A stretch of 64,000 nucleotides of DNA, from positions 1-64,000 of the IMG/VR virus record IMGVR_UViG_3300017598_001140, one strand, 5' to 3'. Origin of the DNA: a virus. A program made the position numbers and the translations under genes. The notes beneath the pieces were generated by a model. It was not told the origin of the DNA. It searched no databases and was given only the letters and a program-made list of their open reading frames with translations. Every line of letters starts with the position of its first letter. Position 1 is the stretch's first letter. Shown piece after piece: positions 55,403-64,000 of this stretch.

Positions 55403-57652
55403 ATGGGAACCGGATTAACCAAATTAAATTTTTCAACAAGGCGCTTGCTTGGTAGGGAAGATTTTGAAACTCGTTTTTTTGGATATTTAAAAGAAATAAA
55501 CAAGAGAACAAATCAGGCGTTTGCCGTTGGCGATTTAGTGTTGAACGGTACATTGACGTTTGATGGCGATGGAAACGATAAATTTAAAATAGAAAAAAGC
55601 GTTGCGACCGCAAAGTGTGTTGATTCCAACGGAGAAACAATCGATCCGATTTTGAGCCCCGCTGCTGCGTATGTAGAGGGTGTTGATTTTCCAAATGCAA
55701 ACACTATTCCGTATTATGTTGGAATACAGCATGCAGATTTACCAAGTGCATTGACGATCAACCCTAGAACTGGCGAGCCAGAGTGGACAGAGCAAACGGA
55801 CACTATTGGCGTAACAGACGAGCCCGATTCTGTTGTGGATAACGGCAATGGCACTTTGACTGCGAACCTAGATGCCATCTGTGGTGGATTGGATTGCAGC
55901 GGAAGAACGGCGGTAATTTTCCAAAACGATTTAGCTAGTGGCGCTTTGAATCTTTCAATTGCATTGGAGACGCTGATTGTTTCGTGGAGTGGAAGTGCAA
56001 ACACAATAACAACCGCAGGAGCGCTCGGTCAGCCGGTTATCTCTACAACAGCAGCCGATTATACAATTATTTTGTTGGGGCCGATTGTAAGAGGAACTAC
56101 CACGATCAAAACGCAAGACGGCGTTGTGTATGTCGGCAAGATAACAGGCAATGGCCCCGCAGCAACCCCTATTGCATTCGACTACACAGATCAACAAAAC
56201 GCGAACAGTCTTGCGACTATTTTTTCAACTGGATTTAGCACGGATTTGTTTCCCGACACTGACAACATTTACGACATAGGCCAGCCAGGTTTGCGTTGGC
56301 GCAATATGTATATTGCAAATCTAAATTTAGGTGGTGATTTGCTACCAGCGTTGCACGACACATATCACATTGGCGCAAACGCTACTCGCTGGAAGGATGT
56401 ATTTATATCTGGAACATTGGATTTGGTTGGCAACGTAAAAGGTCATTTTTACCCAGTGAGTGACGCCACATATGACCTTGGTATCACAGGGACGAACCGA
56501 TGGAGAAGTATTTATGCGTATGGAGATTGTTTTTTGGGCGATTTGTATCCTACAGCTCATGGTAGTCGCGATTTAGGGTCAACCGGATTTAGATGGAGAA
56601 GTTTGTATTTGACAGGTGGAATAGCTAGTGGGGGCAGTTTGAATTGTGTTGGAGTTGAAGCTGCATACGCGACCATTGAAGGAGCGATTACTTCGACATT
56701 AGGAAACATATCAGCTAGCAGTGGTGACGTGTCGGCGTCGGGCAAATTGGCTGCGCCGAAAACATGGTTTGGTGGTTCTACCGATTTAATGATTGGAATA
56801 AACACGACAAATAATGATTACATTGGAGTTGATAACAGCGTCTTGCGATTGAACTTGTGTCGTGCGGCGGATTACAATGACGATTTTGAATCGTGGGTCG
56901 ATCACACTTCGGACGATCCGGAATTAGTTTTTTGGGCCGCCAACCCTGCGGCAGATGAATATATGTCGATTAGACAGACTGGTTCTAATTATGGCGAGAT
57001 CGTATCAAGGAGCGGGCCGGTAAGGTTTGCCCGAACAAATACAACCGGAACAAAAAGGCCGTCTTATTGGAGAGAACAAACAACAACGGCCAAGCAATTT
57101 TTGCAAAATCGTTGGACCGGCGGAGGCGCTTACGACGTAGAAGATGTCTATCCGTTAATTTACGCAAGGGGAGGAGACTCTGGCGTTGGCTGGGGGTGGG
57201 GTGCTCTTATAGATCAAGAAGAAAAGCATCTTACAGGGATGATGCATCTTGACGAAGAGTTTAATGATTACAGCGGCGAAGGAGGACTGTGGGTTGAAAT
57301 TCTTTTTGAGCCGCATGTGTACTCTTTAACCACAGATGACATGCGCCCTTATGTTTCAATTTCAGAAGGGCTTCAAGCAAACAATGACGAGGAGTTTACA
57401 TACGACCTTGCAACCAGCGCAGGCACTATCGAAGTCGGAACCAGCGGCCACAAAGTAATGTCGGTTGAAATAGACATATCGTATTTGAGCACAGTTTTTT
57501 CAGGGGACGACTGGTTCAGGTGGGAGGTCTATTTCGACAACTTAGGTGACAGCGGTTATGTCGATGAAGTAATTGTTTACGCCGTAATAGTAAAATACAG
57601 AACTTATCATCCAGCGCGTATTTTGCCGGTTTCTGTTGTCAATCAACTCTGA
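55403..57652 (+). CDS. Tail fibre protein
   Basis: Follows gpI-like gene; four P..D..YDxG....RW..xY repeats. Confidence 0.75.
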   Translation: MGTGLTKLNFSTRRLLGREDFETRFFGYLKEINKRTNQAFAVGDLVLNGTLTFDGDGNDKFKIEKSVATAKCVDSNGETIDPILSPAAAYVEGVDFPNANTIPYYVGIQHADLPSALTINPRTGEPEWTEQTDTIGVTDEPDSVVDNGNGTLTANLDAICGGLDCSGRTAVIFQNDLASGALNLSIALETLIVSWSGSANTITTAGALGQPVISTTAADYTIILLGPIVRGTTTIKTQDGVVYVGKITGNGPAATPIAFDYTDQQNANSLATIFSTGFSTDLFPDTDNIYDIGQPGLRWRNMYIANLNLGGDLLPALHDTYHIGANATRWKDVFISGTLDLVGNVKGHFYPVSDATYDLGITGTNRWRSIYAYGDCFLGDLYPTAHGSRDLGSTGFRWRSLYLTGGIASGGSLNCVGVEAAYATIEGAITSTLGNISASSGDVSASGKLAAPKTWFGGSTDLMIGINTTNNDYIGVDNSVLRLNLCRAADYNDDFESWVDHTSDDPELVFWAANPAADEYMSIRQTGSNYGEIVSRSGPVRFARTNTTGTKRPSYWREQTTTAKQFLQNRWTGGGAYDVEDVYPLIYARGGDSGVGWGWGALIDQEEKHLTGMMHLDEEFNDYSGEGGLWVEILFEPHVYSLTTDDMRPYVSISEGLQANNDEEFTYDLATSAGTIEVGTSGHKVMSVEIDISYLSTVFSGDDWFRWEVYFDNLGDSGYVDEVIVYAVIVKYRTYHPARILPVSVVNQL

Positions 57653-57712
57653 TTTTTGATTTAAAAACAAACACGGTTTATTGCAAAAGCAAACAACCAA
57701 AGGAGAAAGAAA

Positions 57713-58090
57713 ATGTCCGACACGGAAAAAAGCGTTTCAACAGAAAAAAAAGAGCAGCTTCAGTTGCAGCCGCCTCGCCCCGGTTTCAAGGTGATGACCG
57801 ATCAAGATATAAACGAATACATGACAGGGTTAGGGCGCAGCGACGGCGGAAAATTCGAAGGCTCAGAGGCGACGGCTGAAGCAGAGCTTCGACTTGTAGC
57901 TGAAAAAAGAAATCAAATTTTTCAACAGATTCAAAATGTCGAAGTTCAATTGGAAAATATGAAAAAAGAAGCGGAGAGAGTTACTGGCGAAATGGATGCT
58001 TTCGGATTGATTTTACAACGCGCTGAAGACGAAAGGCGCTTCAATCGAATACAAGAAATAAAAATTACTAAAATAAAAAAAGAAGAATGA
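57713..58090 (+). CDS. Coiled-coil hypothetical protein
   Basis: AAGGAG SD. Confidence 0.65.
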   Translation: MSDTEKSVSTEKKEQLQLQPPRPGFKVMTDQDINEYMTGLGRSDGGKFEGSEATAEAELRLVAEKRNQIFQQIQNVEVQLENMKKEAERVTGEMDAFGLILQRAEDERRFNRIQEIKITKIKKEE

Positions 58091-58103
58091 TGGAGGGAAC
58101 AAG

Positions 58104-58487
58104 ATGGCGAAATTTCCAATCAAAGAAATTGAAATGAATGATAGAGCAAACATGGTCAAAATTTTCGAGAAGCATTTTTTGAAGTCAAAAAAGTTTCTTG
58201 CTTTTTTGCTGTTGCTGGCCTTGCTCAGTGCGTTTGTGATTTGTTTTTTGAAATGGCGTTTTGATTTCGGCTGGCCTGCGGCGTCTGTGATGATTGCGAT
58301 CATCTTTACAATGGGTTTTGTCACTCTGGCCTTCAACGGCAAGCAAGCCGCATTGGATCAATACACAAGGGGAATCGCGCTTACCGGAAAGATGCCCGGA
58401 GCCGTAGTAAAAGGTGTTCAGCAAGCAATTCAACCGCCGCCGAAAGACGCCAAACCATACAGCGATGAAGAAAGCGACGAATTGTGA
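58104..58487 (+). CDS. Holin-like two-TM protein
   Basis: SKKF followed by two hydrophobic helices; charged tail. Confidence 0.55.
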   Translation: MAKFPIKEIEMNDRANMVKIFEKHFLKSKKFLAFLLLLALLSAFVICFLKWRFDFGWPAASVMIAIIFTMGFVTLAFNGKQAALDQYTRGIALTGKMPGAVVKGVQQAIQPPPKDAKPYSDEESDEL

Positions 58488-58936
58488 TGAAGCCCGTTTC
58501 AAAAGTTTGGAATTGGTGGAAGAAGAAACCGGCTTTTTTAAAGTGGGTTCTTTTTCTTTTCATGGTCGTCGCGGTTGTTGGTTCTGTCGTGGTCGCATTT
58601 TGCCAAACGGCTTACAGAAAAGGAGCGTTCGGAGTTGACCCAGTTAAAACCGCAAAAGAAGAAGCGGAGAAATTTTTTGCTAGTGAATTCCAAGACGCAA
58701 AGGACGAAGACGAAAAACTTCTCGAAAAAATAGATGAAGAAAAAGATGTCAGAAAAGACTTGGATGAAAAGAGGGCGGTCGATGTTAAAGAAGCAGAAAG
58801 CAAACGCGATAAAATTAAAAACGCTGGTTCTTTTGATGACATTACTTCTGCCATTCATGGCGCTCAGTCAGACCCAGATGAAGACACTCGAAAAACCTCC
58901 GTCCCTCCGAAAGCCTCCGGTCGGCCAAAAGGTTGA
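58484..58936 (+). CDS. Inner-membrane spanin-like protein
   Basis: N-terminal TM followed by a charged coiled coil. Confidence 0.45.
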   Translation: MMKPVSKVWNWWKKKPAFLKWVLFLFMVVAVVGSVVVAFCQTAYRKGAFGVDPVKTAKEEAEKFFASEFQDAKDEDEKLLEKIDEEKDVRKDLDEKRAVDVKEAESKRDKIKNAGSFDDITSAIHGAQSDPDEDTRKTSVPPKASGRPKG

Positions 58937-59300
58937 AAAAAGCAACCAAGAATATTGGTGCTATTCGTTCGGAGAATATCAGGAACTTGGCTTGGTATTG
59001 GTCGACTACGAAGACCTTTGGAAATACGCGCTTTTCATCGAAGAAAAAAACGCATCGTTGAAGAGAGATTTCGTGTCACAGCAGCAACGCGCTCAGAATT
59101 GGAGAGACGCCGCCGAGACGCAAAAAAAGCGCGGTGATTTTCTTGGAAAGATGTGGGACGAAGAGCACAAGTTTCGTTTGCAGCTCGAAGCGAAAAATAA
59201 GTGGCATTGGGTTCCGTGGGCGCTTGTAGTGGTCGAATCTGTAGTGTTTGCGGGCATAGGTGCCTACGCTTTTGCTACCGCTCCAGACCCGTCAAAATAA
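58782..59300 (+). CDS. Overlapping spanin-like partner (signal peptide, coiled coil, C-terminal TM)
   Basis: Starts inside the previous gene in another frame; start uncertain. Confidence 0.45.
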   Translation: MLKKQKANAIKLKTLVLLMTLLLPFMALSQTQMKTLEKPPSLRKPPVGQKVEKSNQEYWCYSFGEYQELGLVLVDYEDLWKYALFIEEKNASLKRDFVSQQQRAQNWRDAAETQKKRGDFLGKMWDEEHKFRLQLEAKNKWHWVPWALVVVESVVFAGIGAYAFATAPDPSK

Positions 59301-59338
59301 AAATCACCTTCAGAATAGTTTTTCCAGTATTATAAAGC
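59298..59338 (+). promoter_or_regulatory. Bipartite promoter-like motif, copy 5 (apparently leaderless transcript)
   Basis: TAAAAATCACC-N14-TCCAGT; ATG 41 nt from motif start, no SD. Confidence 0.55.
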
Positions 59339-60799
59339 ATGGCTGTAAAAATTTTTATCGACAATCAATTTGTGCGAATAAGGAGCGCTACGCCTTCGGT
59401 TATTCGCAAGCTTGAGAAGGTTACGAGTTATTATGTTCAAGGCTATTTTTTTTCTCCGGCTTTCCGAAGCAAAAGGTGGGACGGGAAAGAGCACCTTCTA
59501 AAGTATTCTAAAACAAAGGGCTACAGAGCGCCGGTCGGTTTGCTTGTTGATATTTTGAAGGAGTTGAAGCGAATTGAGATTGGCTACAAGCTTGTGGACC
59601 AAAGGCGAAAGCCGAACAAATTTTTTAAGTTTGGTTGGAACGAAGATTTTGTTCTGAGAGATTATCAAAACGATTGCGTTGAAGTGATCTCAGGAAAGCC
59701 GCTGCCGGGCAGGGGAATAGTTCAAACGCCAATTAGATCCGGAAAGACTTTGATAGCTGCGGCGATAATCAAAAAGCTTGGTGTCTCTACTCTTTTCGTG
59801 GTGCCTTCCAGAATGTTGCTTTATCAGACGAAAGAAGTTTTTGAAAACGTGCTTTGTGAGAACGTTGGAATTATTGGCGACGGGCATTGGAACGTCAAAC
59901 CGATCACCGTGGCGACCGCTCAGAGCCTTCACAGAGCGCACGGAGGTTGGCGCAAGGGTAAGGACAAGAAAAGGTTCAAACTGCCCACAGAACCGCGTTT
60001 CAAGGCATTGGCCAAAGAGATAGACTTGGCTTTCTTCGATGAGGCGCATCATTTGACAGCAGACGGGTGGCACGAGGTCATGCAAAGCTTCAATTCTTTT
60101 TACAAGATTGGATTGAGCGCGACTGTTTTTTTGGAGCACGAGAAGCAGTGTGAAAAGGGTGTGATTTGGTTGAAGGCGTGTTGCGGCGATGTTCAGTTTT
60201 CCGTCACTCCTACGGAGCTGATTGAAAAGGGGTTTTTGATGAGGCCCAAAATACAGATTTACAAAGTGCTTGAACCGAGTCACGTTTTCGAGAGAAGGTG
60301 GAGCGCCGAGCTAAAAAATTTGTGCATTAATTGCAACCCCGTCAGGAACGCTTTGATCTGCGAGCTTGTCGAAAAACATGTGGGAAATAAAAAGAAGGTT
60401 TTGGTGATTTCAAATCGCTTGAACCAAATCGAAATATTGGACGAACTTTTTCACGATGCGGGCCTGATGTATGCGGTCATTGTTGGCAAAACTTCAACAG
60501 AGAAAAGGAAAGAAATTCTTTCGGATTACAAAGAAGGAATTTATGACGTTTTGTTAGGGACCGTTTTCGGAGAAGGTGTGGATCTGCCAAGCGTCGAGTG
60601 CGTGATAAACGCAGAAGGCGGAAAAGACGTGAAAGCAACGATCCAAAGAATGAGAAACTTGACGCCGAGTGAAGGAAAAAAAGAGGCGATTTATATCGAC
60701 TTTGCAGACTTGATGAATCCTTATTTTTCAGGTCACAGCTTGGAGCGTTTAAAAGTGTACAGAGCGGAAGAGGGCTTCGGGGTCAAGCTGCTCAATTAA
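59339..60799 (+). CDS. Superfamily 2 DEAH helicase (UvsW/XPB-like)
   Basis: LRDYQ, PIRSGKT, DEAH, GLSAT, EGVDLP. Confidence 0.9.
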   Translation: MAVKIFIDNQFVRIRSATPSVIRKLEKVTSYYVQGYFFSPAFRSKRWDGKEHLLKYSKTKGYRAPVGLLVDILKELKRIEIGYKLVDQRRKPNKFFKFGWNEDFVLRDYQNDCVEVISGKPLPGRGIVQTPIRSGKTLIAAAIIKKLGVSTLFVVPSRMLLYQTKEVFENVLCENVGIIGDGHWNVKPITVATAQSLHRAHGGWRKGKDKKRFKLPTEPRFKALAKEIDLAFFDEAHHLTADGWHEVMQSFNSFYKIGLSATVFLEHEKQCEKGVIWLKACCGDVQFSVTPTELIEKGFLMRPKIQIYKVLEPSHVFERRWSAELKNLCINCNPVRNALICELVEKHVGNKKKVLVISNRLNQIEILDELFHDAGLMYAVIVGKTSTEKRKEILSDYKEGIYDVLLGTVFGEGVDLPSVECVINAEGGKDVKATIQRMRNLTPSEGKKEAIYIDFADLMNPYFSGHSLERLKVYRAEEGFGVKLLN

Positions 60800-60807
60800 A
60801 AATTTTT

Positions 60808-60836
60808 TGGACTTCTTTTTTTTAAGAAGTTATTGT
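60808..60836 (+). promoter_or_regulatory. Sigma70-like promoter with internal inverted repeat
   Basis: TGGACT-17 bp-TATTGT; ACTTCTT/AAGAAGT inverted repeat. Confidence 0.5.
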
Positions 60837-60879
60837 GGAACCGCCACGTTGAGATCGGCAATCTTTGAAAGGCACGAAA

Positions 60880-62301
60880 ATGGATGGACAAACGACGGCT
60901 ATTCAAGAGGCTTATGACGAGCTTTCACAGCGCGCTTTTGCTGTTTGGGTTCGGCTGATGATGTGCAGCGAGGAAGAGCTTTTGGGGCGCGAGTGTGTGG
61001 CTAAACTTCTTCGTTATTCAACGTCTCAATCAAATGCGATTTTGAAAGAATTGAAAAGGCAAAAATACATCCGGTTTGACCGCTCAGGAAACCCCGGAAC
61101 AAAAACCAGAATTATTGTGTTGAAGCGCGCTCTTATTTCCGGGCCTAATCACTTTGTTAAATTAACGAGCATTATTTCTCAATCTTTTGAAAAAGCTAGG
61201 GAGGCGGATCGTATTCTGTCCATGACTTGTTCGCCGTCTGTCGACAAAAGGGAAGAGCAAAAAAAGTCGATAGATATCGAAGAAAATTGTGGTGCTTCCG
61301 AACCTTTGAAAAAGAAAAAAAGAGGAAAGAAAAAAACAGATTCTTCTAAGTCGTCGGAATCGCAACGCAAACTTGATGAAAACGGTAAACCAAAGAAGAA
61401 GAAAAAATCCAAGAAAACGGCTGGCGATGACTTAAAAACAGTTCATGGATTGAAGGGTAAAAACATTCCAAAAAGTCGAAAGAAAGTGAAAATTTCTGGG
61501 GAACTTTCCGAACTTCCTAATACCAAAAAAAATAAGGGTGCTGTTTCTTCTATATCTAATAATATTAGTTCTATTGATCTGGGAAAGATCAAGAAGAAAG
61601 TAAGTAAAAGAAAGAACGAACAAAACAAGAAGCGTTTCCGTAGGAAACGTATGACAATAGAGCAATTGGATTGGAAACGAATAGAAAAATATAAGTCGGT
61701 TATTGACTTTGAGCCTTCAGAAAAACAAAGAAGAAAATTGATAAGGCTTCTCGACAAAGATGCGAAAAACAAAAAGAGAAAAGAGTTGAGTGAAAACCTT
61801 GGATGTGAATTCGCCGCGATATACATGCGTTACAGGAGATTGGTTCAGGAAGCGAGCGGATTGGCCAGAAGTTTTCGGGTTTACAAAGAAGAGCACAAGC
61901 ACGCTAGGAAAGCCGGAGAGTGGTGCATACGAAAAGAGATAACGCCGCTTGAATTGGTTCGCTATTGGCACGAGCATGTGAAAGATTTTGCAAACAGCAA
62001 GATGAAGGTTCCGCCGCTTGCTTTCTTGGCGTCTCCTGTGAACATTGACACGGCGATTTGTTGTCTTGGTGAACCGGCAAAAGAAGAAGGACAAAAGAAG
62101 CACGGCTTCAGCGATGTCGGAGAGCTTGAACGTGGTTTGAGAGCAGGATTGGAAGGGGCTGGTTTCTCAGTGAAGAAGTACGATGACCGGTTTCTGTTGA
62201 CCATTCAAAAAACAGCCGCCGCCGTGGCAAGTGGTTCTAACATCTATGTGTCGAGCGAGATGAAGCCATTGGTGGATTGGACTGTCAAAAATTTATATTG
62301 A
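60880..62301 (+). CDS. Replication initiator-like protein
   Basis: N-terminal winged-HTH-like segment (LKELKRQKYI), Lys-rich linker, directly before DnaC-like and DnaB-like genes. Confidence 0.55.
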   Translation: MDGQTTAIQEAYDELSQRAFAVWVRLMMCSEEELLGRECVAKLLRYSTSQSNAILKELKRQKYIRFDRSGNPGTKTRIIVLKRALISGPNHFVKLTSIISQSFEKAREADRILSMTCSPSVDKREEQKKSIDIEENCGASEPLKKKKRGKKKTDSSKSSESQRKLDENGKPKKKKKSKKTAGDDLKTVHGLKGKNIPKSRKKVKISGELSELPNTKKNKGAVSSISNNISSIDLGKIKKKVSKRKNEQNKKRFRRKRMTIEQLDWKRIEKYKSVIDFEPSEKQRRKLIRLLDKDAKNKKRKELSENLGCEFAAIYMRYRRLVQEASGLARSFRVYKEEHKHARKAGEWCIRKEITPLELVRYWHEHVKDFANSKMKVPPLAFLASPVNIDTAICCLGEPAKEEGQKKHGFSDVGELERGLRAGLEGAGFSVKKYDDRFLLTIQKTAAAVASGSNIYVSSEMKPLVDWTVKNLY

Positions 62302-62314
62302 AAGTTGGCGTGAC

Positions 62315-63034
62315 ATGAAGACAAAAATCGAGGTTGAAGCGTATTCGGAAACGTTGCGGCATTTTGTTTTGGCGAAGTGTAAAAAGTGCAGGGGATTGGA
62401 TGTGAATTGTGATTGCAGAGAAAAATATTATTTCAACGTGGCGGCTTATGAAGCCTGCGTGCCGAAAGATTTTTGGAGTGTCGCTTCAAGCGATGTCAGC
62501 CACAACAAAGAAGTTTTTAACGGCGTGATTGAAAAATATGTTTCCGGATTGGATAAAGCGCTGAGACACGGGTATGGATTGGTTTTACTCGGCGACAACG
62601 GGGTGGGCAAAACATTTTTTATCAGCTACGTGCTAACAAAAGCAATCAGGTTAAGAAGGACGGTTTATTATACGACCTTGCCACAGCTTGAGCATGACAT
62701 GATGGCAGGGATGGACGACAAGGAAGCGAAGAGAAGATTGGATTGGCTTTTGACTTCTGATTTTTTAGCGATAGACGAGATGGGAAAAGAGAAGAGAAAA
62801 ACAAAAAACGGTTCCTTGTTTGTCAACGTTCAAATGGAGCGGATTTTGAAACAGCGGTACGACGATAGCATGCCTGTTTTATTAGCCACAAACATGGACC
62901 ACGGAGCGCTTGCTGGTTCATACGGTTCAACGGTCATGTCGATTATTGATGGGAAGTACCAAACCGTAGCAATGGAACCCGGCGATTGTCGAAAAAAAAT
63001 GGCTGAAAAAATGACAAAGGATATGAAGTATTGA
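62315..63034 (+). CDS. DnaC/IstB-like helicase loader ATPase
   Basis: GDNGVGKT, LAIDEMGKE, RYD...LATN; N-terminal Cys cluster. Confidence 0.85.
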   Translation: MKTKIEVEAYSETLRHFVLAKCKKCRGLDVNCDCREKYYFNVAAYEACVPKDFWSVASSDVSHNKEVFNGVIEKYVSGLDKALRHGYGLVLLGDNGVGKTFFISYVLTKAIRLRRTVYYTTLPQLEHDMMAGMDDKEAKRRLDWLLTSDFLAIDEMGKEKRKTKNGSLFVNVQMERILKQRYDDSMPVLLATNMDHGALAGSYGSTVMSIIDGKYQTVAMEPGDCRKKMAEKMTKDMKY

Positions 63035-63036
63035 AA

Positions 63037-63048
63037 GGGGGGGGGGGG
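63037..63048 (+). repeat. G12 homopolymer
   Basis: 12 consecutive G ending 6 nt before ATG 63055. Confidence 0.8.
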
Positions 63049-63054
63049 AAGTCG

Positions 63055-63609
63055 ATGGACTTTGAAAGAACTTTGTTCAACAGAAAATACGAACTATTGG
63101 TTAAAGAAATGCTGCGTCTGAAAAGATTAATTATCAAAAGCACAAAAGAGGTAAATCGACTTTTAGAAACAAGCAAAAAGGAGAGAGCAATGAGAGAGCA
63201 GTATAAACCAGATAAGCCCGGCCATTACTGGTATCTACCGGTCGGTGGAAACGTCGACGACGATTGGATCGTTTTGAAAGTGATTCAGTTCGAGGAAAGA
63301 GAAATGTGGACTTCAGTTGAAGGGTACGGCAAAAAAGTTTCCGGGCTAGAGGGTCGTTGGCTGGAAGGTTCATTGGAAGATTCGAGGGGGCTACATTATT
63401 TTTACCAAACGTTGAAGATGTCTGATGAAAGCCCTGCGGAATTGGAAGCGAATGTCGAGCAGCTTTTCGAGGATATGGGTGGTGAATTCAAAGGCAAAGA
63501 ATTGAACGATTGGTTCAACAAACACACAAACGCCACCGGGTCGGGGCCGGTAAAGCCTCCGCCGTCTTTGGTGTCTGTTGATTCTAAAAATGTGAAGCTA
63601 GGCAAGTAG
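63055..63609 (+). CDS. Hypothetical protein (possible internal start near 63190)
   Basis: PDKPGHYWY motif; AAGGAG before internal ATG. Confidence 0.55.
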   Translation: MDFERTLFNRKYELLVKEMLRLKRLIIKSTKEVNRLLETSKKERAMREQYKPDKPGHYWYLPVGGNVDDDWIVLKVIQFEEREMWTSVEGYGKKVSGLEGRWLEGSLEDSRGLHYFYQTLKMSDESPAELEANVEQLFEDMGGEFKGKELNDWFNKHTNATGSGPVKPPPSLVSVDSKNVKLGK

Positions 63610-63619
63610 AAAGAAGCCC

Positions 63620-64000
63620 ATGAAATTTGACCGCGAATTTGAAGAAGAAATTTTGGCGAAAGCTTTGGCGGATACGAGCTATTTGAAATTGGCTTCGAGA
63701 ATCCTAGAATCGCATCATCTCAGCACAAAACAGCACTCGTGGGTTTGGGATACGGCGAGCGGTATTTGGCGCAAGTACAGGGAACGAGCAACGCCGCGTT
63801 TAATGCTTGCTAGGATACGCTCAGACTTTCCGAAAGACGAAGATAGAGAACCGTATGTGAGATTGGTTCAGAAGCTCTACAGGCGTTCTCCCGGCGCTGC
63901 TATGGCTACGCTTGATGAGCTTAGCGAATTTGTGAGGACGACGGACGCTCAAATCGTAATGGAGGCGGCAGCAGACAAACTCGAAAGAGGCAAGGTCGAC
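63620..64000 (+). CDS. DnaB-like replicative helicase, N-terminal part (runs off window)
   Basis: MKFDREFEEEILAKAL...HSWVW; open to the window end; follows loader. No helicase motifs within the window. Confidence 0.5.
   Translation, partial: MKFDREFEEEILAKALADTSYLKLASRILESHHLSTKQHSWVWDTASGIWRKYRERATPRLMLARIRSDFPKDEDREPYVRLVQKLYRRSPGAAMATLDELSEFVRTTDAQIVMEAAADKLERGKVD

Larger units (their letters stand above)
1..64000 (+). mobile_element. Bacteriophage genome segment (Caudoviricetes, contractile tail); no host genes, integrase or ends visible
   Basis: Complete ordered head-neck-sheath-tube-TMP-baseplate-fibre module plus phage replication genes; unidirectional, tightly packed ORFs with ATGA/TAATG overlaps. 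Confidence 0.97.

Noticed and set aside
50502-57652. Diversity-generating retroelement or invertible fibre cassette
   Set aside because: No reverse transcriptase, invertase or adenine-variant TR/VR pair seen in the window
61200-61700. Replication origin iterons within the initiator-like gene
   Set aside because: A-rich because of Lys codons; no clear direct repeats found by eye
1-64000. Stop-codon reassignment
   Set aside because: Conserved genes are intact in code 11, and TAA, TAG and TGA all terminate genes at sensible positions
1-64000. tRNA/rRNA genes, introns, inteins, integrase/att sites
   Set aside because: None recognised; intergenic gaps are short, and TerL, helicase and MCP appear uninterrupted (not checked with tRNAscan/Infernal)

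Overview
A contiguous 64-kb piece of a tailed dsDNA phage genome with a contractile tail (myovirus morphotype). It is gene-dense, uses genetic code 11, and essentially every gene is on the + strand. Layout: (1-8.4 kb) small early/accessory genes, a radical SAM-ParB-methyltransferase-like cluster and a beta-clamp homologue; (8.5-13.3 kb) candidate TerS, two lysozyme-fold candidates and small structural genes; (13.3-23.4 kb) TerL, portal, MuF, XkdF-like protease, scaffold, major capsid protein; (23.4-36.2 kb) a 2435-aa His-rich repeat fibre and neck genes; (36.2-57.7 kb) sheath, tube, chaperones, tape measure, baseplate, fibres and an orphan QueC-like gene; (57.7-59.3 kb) holin/spanin-like genes; (59.3-64 kb) SF2 helicase, initiator-like protein, DnaC-like loader and the start of a DnaB-like helicase. 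Most interesting: a MuF head protein fused to a PI3/PI4-kinase-like domain. It is followed by a small gene with its own copy of a bipartite promoter-like motif otherwise found only before non-structural genes, which suggests a virion-delivered kinase effector with pre-expressed immunity. Also notable: a short peptide motif shared by four unrelated proteins, a prohead protease whose third catalytic strand appears to lie on the scaffold, and a second protein carrying the scaffold C-terminal tag. All calls come from motif recognition by eye; no searches were run.
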